Virus record (IMG/VR): IMGVR_UViG_3300016670_000048
Coordinates: 22,181 to 86,180 of that record
Length of the DNA stretch: 64,000 nucleotides
From: a virus
Taxonomy: Duplodnaviria; Caudoviricetes
Strand: one strand, 5' to 3'
Below, piece after piece: positions 1-9,815 of this stretch (positions are counted from its first letter, which is position 1; each line of letters begins with the position of its first letter). The notes beneath the pieces are model-generated. The model did no database searches. It saw only the letters and a list, made by a program, of their open reading frames with translations, and was not told the DNA's origin. Both the position numbers and the translations under genes were made by a program.

Positions 1-2
1 AT

Positions 3-608
3 GCAGCAGTACACGAACCGAAACTTAAATACCAATCACAGGAGAAAGAGTTTAGCGCAACTGTCTTTGTGGATGAAGAGGCTAAAGATCGACTGCTTGA
101 CGAAGTGATGGTTAACAAGTCCTTCTCTCAAGTTGGTATCACCAAAACTTCTAAGCCACCACGAAAAATTAAATTCGCATTGTCTTCGCAAGTTGAAGAA
201 GGTAAAGCAAATTATGATCTGGTAGATGGTTTGTGGGGCTTCAACATTGCCAAGCCTGAGTTTAGTAAGAAGGGGCTGCCGATGTCTGTTAACGTGATTG
301 ACGCAGAAGGTAATGCATTCACTGAAAACGTGGGTAATGGTTCTGTCGTTAATCTGAAGCTGTTTGGTTATAAGAATCAGGACGGTCAACTTACTGTTAC
401 ATTGGATACTGTTCAAGTGATTGAGCACGTAGCTTATGAAGGTAAAGGTTCGTCTGATTCGGTTGATGATGATGTCTTGGGTGTTAGTTATAAGGTGAAG
501 AAAACTGAGGCTAAGCCTGCTGAAAAAGAAGAGGAAGCTCCAGCACCAAAGGCTAAAGCTGCTCCAGTAGAACTGGATGAAGATGAGGAAAGTCTGCTCC
601 CGTTCTGA
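3..608 (+). CDS. ssDNA-binding protein (T7 gp2.5-like), 5' end outside window
   Basis: Frame is open from nt 3. Acidic C-terminal tail ends in aromatic LLPF. Lies in replication gene context. Confidence 0.65.
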   Translation, partial: AAVHEPKLKYQSQEKEFSATVFVDEEAKDRLLDEVMVNKSFSQVGITKTSKPPRKIKFALSSQVEEGKANYDLVDGLWGFNIAKPEFSKKGLPMSVNVIDAEGNAFTENVGNGSVVNLKLFGYKNQDGQLTVTLDTVQVIEHVAYEGKGSSDSVDDDVLGVSYKVKKTEAKPAEKEEEAPAPKAKAAPVELDEDEESLLPF

Positions 609-629
609 TCTAACAACTAGTTCAATATA

Positions 630-654
630 GCTGCCCGAAAGGGCAGCATCTTTT
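630..654 (+). terminator. Rho-independent terminator
   Basis: GCTGCCC-GAAA-GGGCAGC followed by atctttt. Confidence 0.8.
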
Positions 655-674
655 AAGAATTTAAGGAGAGACAA

Positions 675-947
675 ATGCAACTTACAGAAACAGAAATGTT
701 TGTTATCATGACAGAACGATTCTACAACTACCAGAATGCTTCTGAGTTTAAAGAACAAAAAGCTTTCGCAGAAACTCTTAAGTCTTTTGTAGAGCTGTTC
801 ACTAAAGGTCATTCTACAATCAAACCTAAAGAAGATCCGAAGCCAACAGATCCTTACGCACTTCTTTTGATGCAACTTGCTCAAGCTACAGTGGAAGGTA
901 ATCTAGAAGCTGTGACTGTATATTCCCAAGCACTTCAACGCATTTAA
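675..947 (+). CDS. hypothetical protein
   Basis: AAGGAG RBS, 90 aa ORF. Confidence 0.8.
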   Translation: MQLTETEMFVIMTERFYNYQNASEFKEQKAFAETLKSFVELFTKGHSTIKPKEDPKPTDPYALLLMQLAQATVEGNLEAVTVYSQALQRI

Positions 948-966
948 TTAAAACTAGGAGAGACAA

Positions 967-1221
967 ATGACTGACACAAACGTAATCGTAGTAAACACCG
1001 AACTAACCAAAGGTTACTTCACTGAGCTGGCTAAAGTGATGACCAAGATTGAAGTAGAAAAGATTCGTGCAAAAGAGATTGTAGATACAGCTAAAGAATC
1101 TGGTATTGATGTAAAGCTTCTCAAGAAGGCTGTTGCTCTCTATGTCAAAGAAAGTTTTGAAGAAACTGTAAAGCTCAATAATGATGTAGAAGAGTTTTAC
1201 AAAGCTGTAACTACTGTTTAA
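967..1221 (+). CDS. small DNA-binding protein, DsbA/GapR(DUF2312)-like
   Basis: KEIVDTAKESGIDVKLLKKAV pattern; AGGAG RBS. Confidence 0.55.
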   Translation: MTDTNVIVVNTELTKGYFTELAKVMTKIEVEKIRAKEIVDTAKESGIDVKLLKKAVALYVKESFEETVKLNNDVEEFYKAVTTV

Positions 1222-1228
1222 ATTGAAT

Positions 1229-1250
1229 GGGCTCGAAAGAGCCCTTATTA
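1229..1250 (+). terminator. probable terminator hairpin
   Basis: GGGCTC-GAAA-GAGCCC followed by ttatt. Confidence 0.6.
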
Positions 1251-1274
1251 ACAAATTAACAAGAGGAGAAAGTT

Positions 1275-1577
1275 ATGGGTGTTGACGTTTCCGCAATGAC
1301 ATATATCGGTAAGTATGTAGATGATGCAGAACAATACTTTATTGATAAAGGTCTACTGCAAGAGGGTGAACTGGAAGAGAAGTATTATGGTGATATCGGT
1401 GACATGGAGGGCTTCCCACTAGAAGCTCAAGCGATTAGTTATTACTCAGACCAAGGTTACTATGTTGGATTTGAAGTGTATCCTTCTAGCTACAAAGATT
1501 TTGATGGATTGATTGCTAAGTTCAAAGAGATTACAGGTGATGATGCTGAAGTGTGCTCTTTTGAACAGTGGCATTGA
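1275..1577 (+). CDS. hypothetical acidic protein
   Basis: GAGGAG RBS, 100 aa ORF. Confidence 0.8.
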   Translation: MGVDVSAMTYIGKYVDDAEQYFIDKGLLQEGELEEKYYGDIGDMEGFPLEAQAISYYSDQGYYVGFEVYPSSYKDFDGLIAKFKEITGDDAEVCSFEQWH

Positions 1578-1589
1578 GGAGAGTTTAGA

Positions 1590-2642
1590 GTGACTTATGA
1601 ACTTGTCTTACTGGATGCGGATACTCCCGTTTTCAAGGCTGCAAAGTCTGTGCAACAAGATTACATTATCGTAACCCGTAAGTCTGATGGTGCAACAAAG
1701 CGATATAAGAATAAAACTGAGTTCTGGGGTCATCACAAAAAGAAAGAAGGTGGTGAGCTTGCAAAGAACAATCTTATTCGAATTGAACGTGGTCTTGAAC
1801 CAAACAAACCAGAAGATTACGAAGTTGAAGAATGTGCTGAGTTGGTTCCTGAAATAGAGGATCACGTAGCAGCAGGAGTGGAGCAATTTGACCGTTTCGT
1901 TGGGAAAATTAAGGGTCTAAACCTTGCTGAAGACTACAGGCTAGGCATTGGCGGGAGTGGTAACTTTCGCTACGAAATAGCCCAACAATTACCCTACAAA
2001 GGCGCTCGAAAGGACAAGCCACTTCTGTTCCTAGAGATTAAAGAGGCTATCATTAAGAAGTACCGAAACAAAGTTGTAGTCGTAGATGATGAGGAAGTTG
2101 ACGATTGGTGTTCAATCAAAGGTTATGAGAACTACAAACATTTCCTTAAAACTGGTGAGTGGAAGTACGTCCTTGGATTTCTTGATAAGGACATCAAACA
2201 AGTGATTTCTCCACAGTTTAACTTTGATGATCAGTTTCCAGAAGTTATTATTCCAACACCGTTTGAGGCAGCCAAGTGTTTTGCAAGTCAGTGTCTGAGT
2301 GGGGACTTAACCACCGATAACATTCTTGGGTTACCAAACTTCACCAAAGAAATTCAAGAGAAGTATAGTTTGGGTGGAACACGAGGTATTGGCAAAGCAA
2401 CTGCACTGAAGTATCTTGAAGGTTGTGAAACTGTTAAAGATTTATTTGAGCGAGTCGTTGAAGCTTACAAGAGTTACTACGGTACTGAGAAACAAGAGTT
2501 GGTGTCTCATGACGGTAAAGCTTTGATGTGGGATTATCTGGACTTTTTGCAAGACAGTGCCCAGCTTCTGTATCTGCGGAGGGAGGAAGGTGAGATGTAT
2601 CATATTTGTACAACTTTGGATAAATTGGGGATTGAATATTGA
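1590..2642 (+). CDS. 5'-3' exonuclease (T7 gp6/RNase H-like)
   Basis: LLDADT, EEVDD, DKDI, GDxxDNIxGL and GIGKATA motifs. Confidence 0.9.
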   Translation: MTYELVLLDADTPVFKAAKSVQQDYIIVTRKSDGATKRYKNKTEFWGHHKKKEGGELAKNNLIRIERGLEPNKPEDYEVEECAELVPEIEDHVAAGVEQFDRFVGKIKGLNLAEDYRLGIGGSGNFRYEIAQQLPYKGARKDKPLLFLEIKEAIIKKYRNKVVVVDDEEVDDWCSIKGYENYKHFLKTGEWKYVLGFLDKDIKQVISPQFNFDDQFPEVIIPTPFEAAKCFASQCLSGDLTTDNILGLPNFTKEIQEKYSLGGTRGIGKATALKYLEGCETVKDLFERVVEAYKSYYGTEKQELVSHDGKALMWDYLDFLQDSAQLLYLRREEGEMYHICTTLDKLGIEY

Positions 2643-3727
2643 CGGAAGAAGTAAAATGCTATTTGTACTGGATTAGGACGGAGGAAATGACTGACATCTT
2701 TACACAAGGTTATGTAGGTATCAGTGTGAAACCAGACTACAGGTTCTCTCAGCACAAAAATAAAGCTAAGGTTGGTAAAGTTTATAACAAAGCTTTCCTT
2801 AAGGTGTTGAAAGATGGGACAGCAATTCAGCAGATTATGTTGATAGGCTCGGTAAGCTATTGCAAGGAGGTAGAAAACAAACTGAGACCTTTATTTTATA
2901 TTGGTTGGAATGTTGCTCCCGGAGGGGGTGCTGGTGGAATTTATAAACACGGACTGTCAGGCAGTAAAATCAAAGGTATATATTATAATATACTTACAAA
3001 GATAAGAGAATCTGGGGCTAGGCTTTGTGATGAGTGGAATGACAGTGAAAATGGACTTGTTAAATTCAGTGAGTTTTACGAAGATAACGTTGGTAAGAAT
3101 CAATGTATATCTATAGCAGGATTAGACTTCATTGGTCCCAATACTGTTAAGATACAGAGTCAACAAGAGGTTGTTGCAGATACTAAAAGAAGCTTACTTT
3201 TTCAGGGGGAGATCTACACTTATAAAGAACTTGGAGACAAGTTTGATATAAAACCAAATACTCTTGTATGGCGTCTGCGAAGGGGTGAGACTTTAAACCA
3301 AGCTTTACGGCTTGAAGATAAACCCAAGCGTACTGTTAGGTTAGGTAAGCGGGAGTACGTATACAATGGAAGATTAACAGAAGATCAACTGATCATTTTT
3401 AAAAATGATGTAGAATCCGGTATCCCTTTACTGCATCTGGAAGACAAGTTTGGGATGGACTCAGGTAATCTGAGTAGGGTTGCTGCTAAACTAGGGATAA
3501 AAATTCCAAGAGTTTTTATGGAAGATATGTTGGGTGGAGAATTTGAAGTGGTCTCTCATTCAAAACTTGATGTGGAGTCTTACGAGTTAGCTAAAGAATT
3601 GCTTTTAAACGGCACTCAAAAATACAAAATAGCTGAGGAATTGGGCATCACACCTTCCTCCATGACAGATGTTTGTAAAAGATTAAGATGGAGTGAGTAT
3701 GTCGAACAGCAAAGAGCCTTGGGGTGA
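2639..3727 (+). CDS. putative free-standing homing endonuclease (GIY-YIG N-terminus, degenerate HNH-like middle, HTH C-terminus)
   Basis: YLYWI...GYVGIS...RFSQH at N-terminus; WNVAPGG; HTH-like repeats. Confidence 0.75.
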   Translation: MTEEVKCYLYWIRTEEMTDIFTQGYVGISVKPDYRFSQHKNKAKVGKVYNKAFLKVLKDGTAIQQIMLIGSVSYCKEVENKLRPLFYIGWNVAPGGGAGGIYKHGLSGSKIKGIYYNILTKIRESGARLCDEWNDSENGLVKFSEFYEDNVGKNQCISIAGLDFIGPNTVKIQSQQEVVADTKRSLLFQGEIYTYKELGDKFDIKPNTLVWRLRRGETLNQALRLEDKPKRTVRLGKREYVYNGRLTEDQLIIFKNDVESGIPLLHLEDKFGMDSGNLSRVAAKLGIKIPRVFMEDMLGGEFEVVSHSKLDVESYELAKELLLNGTQKYKIAEELGITPSSMTDVCKRLRWSEYVEQQRALG

Positions 3728-4232
3728 GGGAACACCTTGGAAAAACTCAGTGGCTTTCTTTACTTATCTAAGGGGGTGTCTTCGTAAGGCTTGGTCAAAT
3801 AACCCGATCAAACACAACCTTATTAAAAAAGTTCGGAAACAGATTGAGAACCCAAATCCTAACGGAAAAAAGAAAACAGTATTTGGCTTTACCTGTGAAC
3901 TATGCCATAATGATTTTGTCTTATCTCAGGGGCAGGTAGATCATAAAACACCTGCTGGTAGTCTGAGAAAAACGGAAGACATTCAAGGATTTGTAGAAAG
4001 ACTGTTGTATGTAACTGAAGACGACTTGAGGTTGATTTGTAAGGGTTGTAATAGTTGTCTCAGCTATGCAGATAAAGAGGGTATCACATTCGAGACAGCA
4101 AGGGTAGAGAAAGCTGTAATTGAAATATGTAAGAATAAACAAGATAAACAGTGGCTCTTAGATAAAGGTATAACTCCCCTAGGAAATGCCAAACTAAGGC
4201 GACAACAAATTACTGAGGAGATGTTGAAATGA
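3699..4232 (+). CDS. HNH-family endonuclease (core gene of this phage group)
   Basis: CELC...QVDHK...CKGCN zinc/HNH motif; FFTYLRGCLRKAW N-terminus. Confidence 0.8.
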   Translation: MSNSKEPWGEGTPWKNSVAFFTYLRGCLRKAWSNNPIKHNLIKKVRKQIENPNPNGKKKTVFGFTCELCHNDFVLSQGQVDHKTPAGSLRKTEDIQGFVERLLYVTEDDLRLICKGCNSCLSYADKEGITFETARVEKAVIEICKNKQDKQWLLDKGITPLGNAKLRRQQITEEMLK

Positions 4233-5119
4233 CTAACAAAATCACTAAAGAATTTCTATTTACAGAACTGAGCATTAAAATTGCAACGTTAGAAATGAAG
4301 ATAGATAAAGTGTTGGAACTGCTAAATCAACCTGAATATGAAGTTACCAATGTAATCAATATCTCTGATCATACTCACAGCGCAATCATCCCAACAGATG
4401 AAGAATTTACGGAGCAATTCAAATGATTAAAGATTATTGGACATCAATCTTCTGGTGTGAGTTTGTTCAGTTTAGCGTGTTCTTCGACATCTGGACACAA
4501 CAACTTGGTGTTTAGCTTGAGAGGTGTGTATGGGAACTATAACAGAACTCTTTCCAAAGAAAACTGTTGGAGAAATCACTGTAGAAGTTGATCCGCTGAC
4601 TTATTGGAAATTGCGGAATGATTTAATTAGTGATGAGTTTGTGAAATACAACGCTTATGAGAAACAAGAAATTCTTGATACGATTTTAAATATGAATTTC
4701 GAGCTTTACACTTTGGTACTTAAATTGAGGGAGAGACTTGGTGAGTGAAATTAAAGAAAGGGTTTTCAAACTTCCTCCTAGATATGCAAATCAGGAGTCT
4801 TTGACAACTCAAGAGAAGGAAATGTTAAACTACTATAAATCCTTTGCAGATGAAAATGGCATCAGGATTTCCTACGATAAAGAGTTAGATGTAGCACTTG
4901 TAATCTTTACACCAAATTATTAATTAGGAGAATAACTTGAAAACTGAATTATTGAATAGTGGGGAAACGTCACCCCTTGGTAAGTCTGCCTATGATGAGA
5001 TTGTTATTGGTGATGGTCTAGTACGATGCTTCCGTAACAATCTTTGCTACGCAACTTATTCACTTGATTGTTTTGATTCAACAACTACGCAGTCTTTCAC
5101 TATTAAAGATCAGGAGTAA
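4229..5119 (+). other. cluster of small hypothetical ORFs (4229..4426, 4524..4748, 4738..4923, 4937..5119)
   Basis: Tightly packed ORFs, most with RBS-like sequences. Confidence 0.7.
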
Positions 5120-5123
5120 TGGT

Positions 5124-5888
5124 TTGAAGCATCTAATCATCGCAGATACACAAGTTAAGCCGGGACATGATCTTAGTTATCTTTCTGCTATTGGCGAGTA
5201 CATTGCACACAAGAAGCCAGATGTTATTATTCATATTGGTGACCATTGGGATTTCGAAAGCCTTAGTTCTTACGACAAAGGTAAGAAGAGTTTCGAAGGA
5301 CGCCGTGTGAAGGCCGATTTAGAAGTTGGTCATGAAGGTATGCGCTTGATTATGGAGCCTATTTGGCGGGTACAAGAGAATCAGCGTAAGGCTAAAAAGA
5401 AAGCTTATAATCCCCGACTGGTATTTTGTACCGGAAACCATGAGGCAAGAGCTGACCGATTTGCAAACGATAATCCAGAATTCACAGGCTTCCTTGGGAC
5501 CGAACAACTCGGGCTTGATAAGTACGGATTTGAAGTCTATCCTTATTTGCAACCTGCTGTGATTGATGGTATTAACTACGTCCATTACTTGGCTAACCCA
5601 TTTACAGGCAAGCCTTATGGTGGTAATGCACTTAATCAGTTGAAGAACGTCGGTTGTTCATTTGTTGTTGGTCACAAACAATTGCTTGATTGTGCTATTC
5701 GCCCAACGCTTGAAGGTAAGATGCAGATTGGTATTATTAACGGTGCATGTTATCCTTTTGATGAACCATACAAGGGTTACGTCGGAAATTTTCATTTCCG
5801 TGGCTTGACAATGCTGCACGAAGTTAAAGATGGGTTTGGTCTTCCTTCATTTGTTTCTCTTGAATATATTATGGAAAAGTATGCCTAA
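5124..5888 (+). CDS. metallophosphoesterase (calcineurin-like)
   Basis: TTG start after GGAG. Motifs ADTQ, HIGDHWD, GNHE, GHKQ. Confidence 0.9.
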   Translation: MKHLIIADTQVKPGHDLSYLSAIGEYIAHKKPDVIIHIGDHWDFESLSSYDKGKKSFEGRRVKADLEVGHEGMRLIMEPIWRVQENQRKAKKKAYNPRLVFCTGNHEARADRFANDNPEFTGFLGTEQLGLDKYGFEVYPYLQPAVIDGINYVHYLANPFTGKPYGGNALNQLKNVGCSFVVGHKQLLDCAIRPTLEGKMQIGIINGACYPFDEPYKGYVGNFHFRGLTMLHEVKDGFGLPSFVSLEYIMEKYA

Positions 5889-6615
5889 AAAGATTGATTT
5901 GACTGGAATGGTTTTTGGTAGATTAACAGTATTAAAAGAGTCTGAAACCAAAACAAAAGACAATAAATACTGTTATGATTGTATTTGCAGTTGTGGTAAT
6001 ACTGAGATTGTGACTAAGACTGCAAGCCTACTGCGTTCTGGTCAAAGTAAATCTTGTGGTTGTCTGCAACGTGAAAATGCAAAACTTCAAGCTAACAACA
6101 ATACAGGAGTCCCTCGTAGCCACGGAATGACAGACAGTGTTACATACATCTGCTGGAGGAATATGAAGGCAAGGTGTGATGACCCAAATCACCAAGCTAA
6201 ACAGAACTACGGTGATCGTGGAATCACTTACCCTGAAAGCTGGAAAACATTTGAAGGCTTCTTTGAAGATATGGGAGAGAATCCAGAAGGTTTTACTCTA
6301 AACCGTAAGGATGTTAATCTGGACTACAGCAAAGATAACTGTGAGTGGGTTGATAATGTACGACAAGGCAGGGATAGACGTAAGCCTTCATCTGGTGTAA
6401 CATCTCAGTATAAAGGAGTGTCTTATAACAAAGACTGTGGGAAATTCAAAGGCAGTTTTAGGTACGATGGTGTAATCTATCATCTGGGGTATTCTGAAAG
6501 TGAACTAGAGCTAGCCTTACGTTATGATGCTAAAGTTATTGAAGTTGTTGGTGATAATGGAGGCACTAACTACCAACTTGGACTTCTGCCTGAAGAGTTT
6601 TATAAGGAGAGCTAA
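5881..6615 (+). CDS. HNH-like/AP2 homing endonuclease
   Basis: DLTGMVFGRLTVL, CxCG, SKSCGC, WRNMKARC, YGDRGI; AP2-like SQYKGVS. Confidence 0.85.
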   Translation: MPKKIDLTGMVFGRLTVLKESETKTKDNKYCYDCICSCGNTEIVTKTASLLRSGQSKSCGCLQRENAKLQANNNTGVPRSHGMTDSVTYICWRNMKARCDDPNHQAKQNYGDRGITYPESWKTFEGFFEDMGENPEGFTLNRKDVNLDYSKDNCEWVDNVRQGRDRRKPSSGVTSQYKGVSYNKDCGKFKGSFRYDGVIYHLGYSESELELALRYDAKVIEVVGDNGGTNYQLGLLPEEFYKES

Positions 6616-6616
6616 A

Positions 6617-6772
6617 ATCGAAAACTATAAACTTTTACGTTCTGTAGAAATACTCGAAGAAACTGTTGACAGTCTTAGTAAACAAGTTCATAATCTACGT
6701 CAACAGCAAGACAATATGTTAGAACAAATTAGACGTTTAAAGGAGTTGAATAATGACGGTAGCGGAAAGTAG
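6617..6772 (+). CDS. small coiled-coil protein, probable ATC start
   Basis: AGGAG lies 7 nt before an in-frame ATC GAA AAC; no nearby ATG/GTG/TTG in frame. Confidence 0.5.
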   Translation: MENYKLLRSVEILEETVDSLSKQVHNLRQQQDNMLEQIRRLKELNNDGSGK

Positions 6773-7256
6773 CTTTAATATTGGAGATGCTGTAAAGATT
6801 AAAGATTCAGCTTGGGATGAAAACTTTGATATTTTGGTTCGATTTGGTTTTGAGAAGTCTACTTCGTATGAAGTGAGTGGTGTTTATCCGGGACGTGGTA
6901 TTTCTCTGGTAGGGAACACCAGCATTTATTACCCACATTATTTTGAGCTTAGTAAGTCAAACACTGTCTACGCTAAATATGATGAGGCGAAAACAGTTCC
7001 AGTAAAATCAGATGGTGGTAGTTCATCCTATTACGAACTCACTATCACAAACAAAGCTGGTGAGTCGATCAAGTGTGAAACCGGTGATGTGATTCGTGCG
7101 CTGGTCGGCAATGATTTTGACTTTGGAAACTGTGTTAAAGCACTTCGTCGTATGTACCTAGCAACACTTGGTATGGGTAAAGAGGGTACAGACATTCCTT
7201 ATGATTGTAATAAGGTACGATACTTTCTTAGTGAGATTGAGCGGGTGAATAAGTGA
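6753..7256 (+). CDS. conserved phage protein (SDGGSSSYY motif; possibly DUF3310-like nucleotide-related)
   Basis: SDGGSSSYY...FDFGNCVKALRR...KVRYF motif, nucleotide-metabolism context. Confidence 0.4.
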   Translation: MTVAESSFNIGDAVKIKDSAWDENFDILVRFGFEKSTSYEVSGVYPGRGISLVGNTSIYYPHYFELSKSNTVYAKYDEAKTVPVKSDGGSSSYYELTITNKAGESIKCETGDVIRALVGNDFDFGNCVKALRRMYLATLGMGKEGTDIPYDCNKVRYFLSEIERVNK

Positions 7257-7768
7257 GCGCCATCATCGCAGTGGATGTGGATGATTGCCTTATTGACATG
7301 CGTCCGCTGTGGATCAACTATTGTCAGGAACGCTTTGGATACGTTAAGTGCCCAATTACAAGCTATAATCTTTGTGATTATTGGGGTGAAAAGGCTATGG
7401 ACTTCTGGAGTAATGAAGGTCTGTATGATAATCTTACTCCTAACCCACAAGCTGCAAAGACACTCAGTAAGCTCAATGATTTAGGCTATGAGATTGGATT
7501 CTGTTCTTACACTAAGAAGGGCCATTTTTCTAGCAAATGTGATTTCATTAATGCATACTTCCCTTACAGGAAATTCATTCTAAACACCAAGGAGAAGAAT
7601 TATACAAGGTGTGATTGGTTTATAGATGACAGAAGTTCAAATCTTGTTATTCAACCGAGCAGTGTAAACACAATCTTGTATAAAACAAATATTGAGAATG
7701 ATGAAAGAGATGTAGACTTTGTGACAGATTCGTGGGAAGATATTTACAGCATTATTGTTAATAATTAA
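7253..7768 (+). CDS. 5'(3')-deoxyribonucleotidase, HAD family
   Basis: AVDVDD motif I and FIDDR motif. Confidence 0.85.
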   Translation: MSAIIAVDVDDCLIDMRPLWINYCQERFGYVKCPITSYNLCDYWGEKAMDFWSNEGLYDNLTPNPQAAKTLSKLNDLGYEIGFCSYTKKGHFSSKCDFINAYFPYRKFILNTKEKNYTRCDWFIDDRSSNLVIQPSSVNTILYKTNIENDERDVDFVTDSWEDIYSIIVNN

Positions 7769-7780
7769 GGATAAATAAAC

Positions 7781-7960
7781 ATGATTAAATTTGACCAAGA
7801 TGAACTATATTTGCTCGTAGATTTTCTTGAAGAGCAACTAGAGATTTCCCGAGATAAAACAGCTTGGGGCCTAGATCTTAATGAACAAGAAGAGCTAGAA
7901 ATTGAAGAGTTCATGTTTGAACGGACTCGTGACATTATTAAAAGCTTGATTAAGGAGTAA
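7781..7960 (+). CDS. hypothetical acidic protein (59 aa, below ORF-track cutoff)
   Basis: AAGGA RBS; MIKFDQDEL...LIKE*. Confidence 0.7.
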   Translation: MIKFDQDELYLLVDFLEEQLEISRDKTAWGLDLNEQEELEIEEFMFERTRDIIKSLIKE

Positions 7961-7963
7961 ATT

Positions 7964-8395
7964 TTGAAAGTCAAAGTAAAACGTCTGTATGAATCCGCTA
8001 AACTTCCAACCTACGCAACAGATGGTAGTGGTTGTTTTGATATCTACACAATGCTGAATGGTGATACAGACTATGGACAACCTCACACTTATTCCACTGG
8101 TCTTGCATTTGAAATTCCAGAAGATCATGTGATGCTTATCTTCAGCCGTAGTGGTCATGGATTTAAGAATGATATACGACTTAGCAATTGTGTTGGTGTT
8201 ATCGATTCAGATTATCGCGGAGAACTTAAGGTTAAACTGTCCTGTGATAAACAAGGTTGGGGACTTGAAGTTAATGCTGGTGATCGTATTGCTCAAGGCA
8301 TGGTGATTCCTTACAAGAAAGTAATGTTTGAGGAAGTAAAAGAATTGTCTGAGACAGTACGCGGTACTGGCGGCATGGGGAGCACTGGTGTATGA
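7964..8395 (+). CDS. dut: dUTPase (trimeric)
   Basis: RSG, GVIDSDYRGE, RIAQ and RGTGGMGSTG motifs. Confidence 0.97.
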   Translation: MKVKVKRLYESAKLPTYATDGSGCFDIYTMLNGDTDYGQPHTYSTGLAFEIPEDHVMLIFSRSGHGFKNDIRLSNCVGVIDSDYRGELKVKLSCDKQGWGLEVNAGDRIAQGMVIPYKKVMFEEVKELSETVRGTGGMGSTGV

Positions 8396-8563
8396 TCCAC
8401 GCAAGTACACAACAAGTTAGACCAAAAGCTGATTGGAAAGATTATGTCTTCACCAAAGAAGATTATAGTAAAGTGGTAGCATCGGGCATGGCTTGGGTAG
8501 TATTCCCTGATTGGCCGACACCACAAGAATTTGATGAGTATTTGAAGGAGAGGGGAGAGAAAG

Positions 8564-9232
8564 ATGAGTGAGATTAAAGTAGAACTTTTGGATTCGATGG
8601 GTAATGATCTAGATGTTTGTAACGCAGCACGAGTAAGCTTTGCAAAAGAAACTCAGTGGGCGGCGATGGAAGCTGGAGAAGGTATGTTGGCTTCTGGGGA
8701 TATTAAACTTATCAACTACCTAGCTAAACATGATCACTGGACGCCATTTGCACACACAGCTTTAAAATTCCGTGTAGCAGCACCAGTTCCAATCCGTACA
8801 CAATGTTTTAAGCATAAGGTTGGGATGGTTGAGAACGAAGAGAGTCGCCGGTATATCTCATCAAAACCAGAAATCTATATTCCTGAATTCTTCCGTTCAA
8901 AACCCGAAGGGAGCATTAAACAAGGGAGTGCAGGTAAAGCGGCAGAGTCTGACGTTTGGCTTGAACATTATAAGAATGTGACAGCGGAAGCTGTAGATTG
9001 TTATCTTGGCATGTTGAATGATGGTATTTGCCCTGAACAAGCACGGTTTATTCTTCCACAAGGTGCAATTGTTAATTGGATTTGGACAGGAAATCTGGTA
9101 AGCTTCGCTAACTTCTACAACAAGCGTACAGATACAAATGCTCAACGTGAAGTACAAGTGGTTGCTGAATTGGTTGGTAAAGAAGTAGAACGAATTTTCC
9201 CAGTTTCGTGGAAAGCATTGACGGAGAAATAA
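8564..9232 (+). CDS. thyX: flavin-dependent thymidylate synthase
   Basis: NAARVSF, HWTPFAH, NEESRRY, ARFILPQ, AQREVQ. Confidence 0.97.
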   Translation: MSEIKVELLDSMGNDLDVCNAARVSFAKETQWAAMEAGEGMLASGDIKLINYLAKHDHWTPFAHTALKFRVAAPVPIRTQCFKHKVGMVENEESRRYISSKPEIYIPEFFRSKPEGSIKQGSAGKAAESDVWLEHYKNVTAEAVDCYLGMLNDGICPEQARFILPQGAIVNWIWTGNLVSFANFYNKRTDTNAQREVQVVAELVGKEVERIFPVSWKALTEK

Positions 9233-9233
9233 A

Positions 9234-9805
9234 ATGTCATTCGTGAACAACCCTGATTATCCGATTGAATTCTGGTTGTCTGAAATGTGTGACTTGATTT
9301 CAATCAGAGAAAATATCCAGAAGAGAGAAAGTAACTTGAAGATTCGGGAAAGTATTAGTGACTTTATCGGGTACTACGAAGCAGCATTGAATGTTCAGTC
9401 AGCGTACAATAAATATAAAGGTGGTGTATAATGTCGGTCGGGTTTAATCTAAGTCTTAGTGACTTGCTGTTGTGCGAAGGATTTGCTCAAGCATTTGGTG
9501 AAGATAATAAAGAACAAATTAATAAGTTTCTTTTTGATAATGGTTTAGATGTTTCGATGGGAGTTGATGAGGTAGTTTGTAAACATCGTAATCTTCGTGG
9601 TAATGTTGTAGATTGTTTGATGTATCAGGGACATGAGCGTATTGATTCTACTTGGATGTCTGGTGAAGGTTGTTCTTGGGATAATCAAGTAGAAAACTCA
9701 AGCCTTGATCTACGCATTCAACTAAAGACAATGGGTAAGATGCTCACCACTGGTGATTTCTGCGAATATGCAGAGAAGCATGGAATTCAATCGGATAGTA
9801 AATAA
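9234..9805 (+). other. two hypothetical ORFs (9234..9431, 9431..9805)
   Basis: Contiguous ORFs between thyX and nrdA. Confidence 0.75.
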
Positions 9806-9815
9806 GGAGTAAGGT

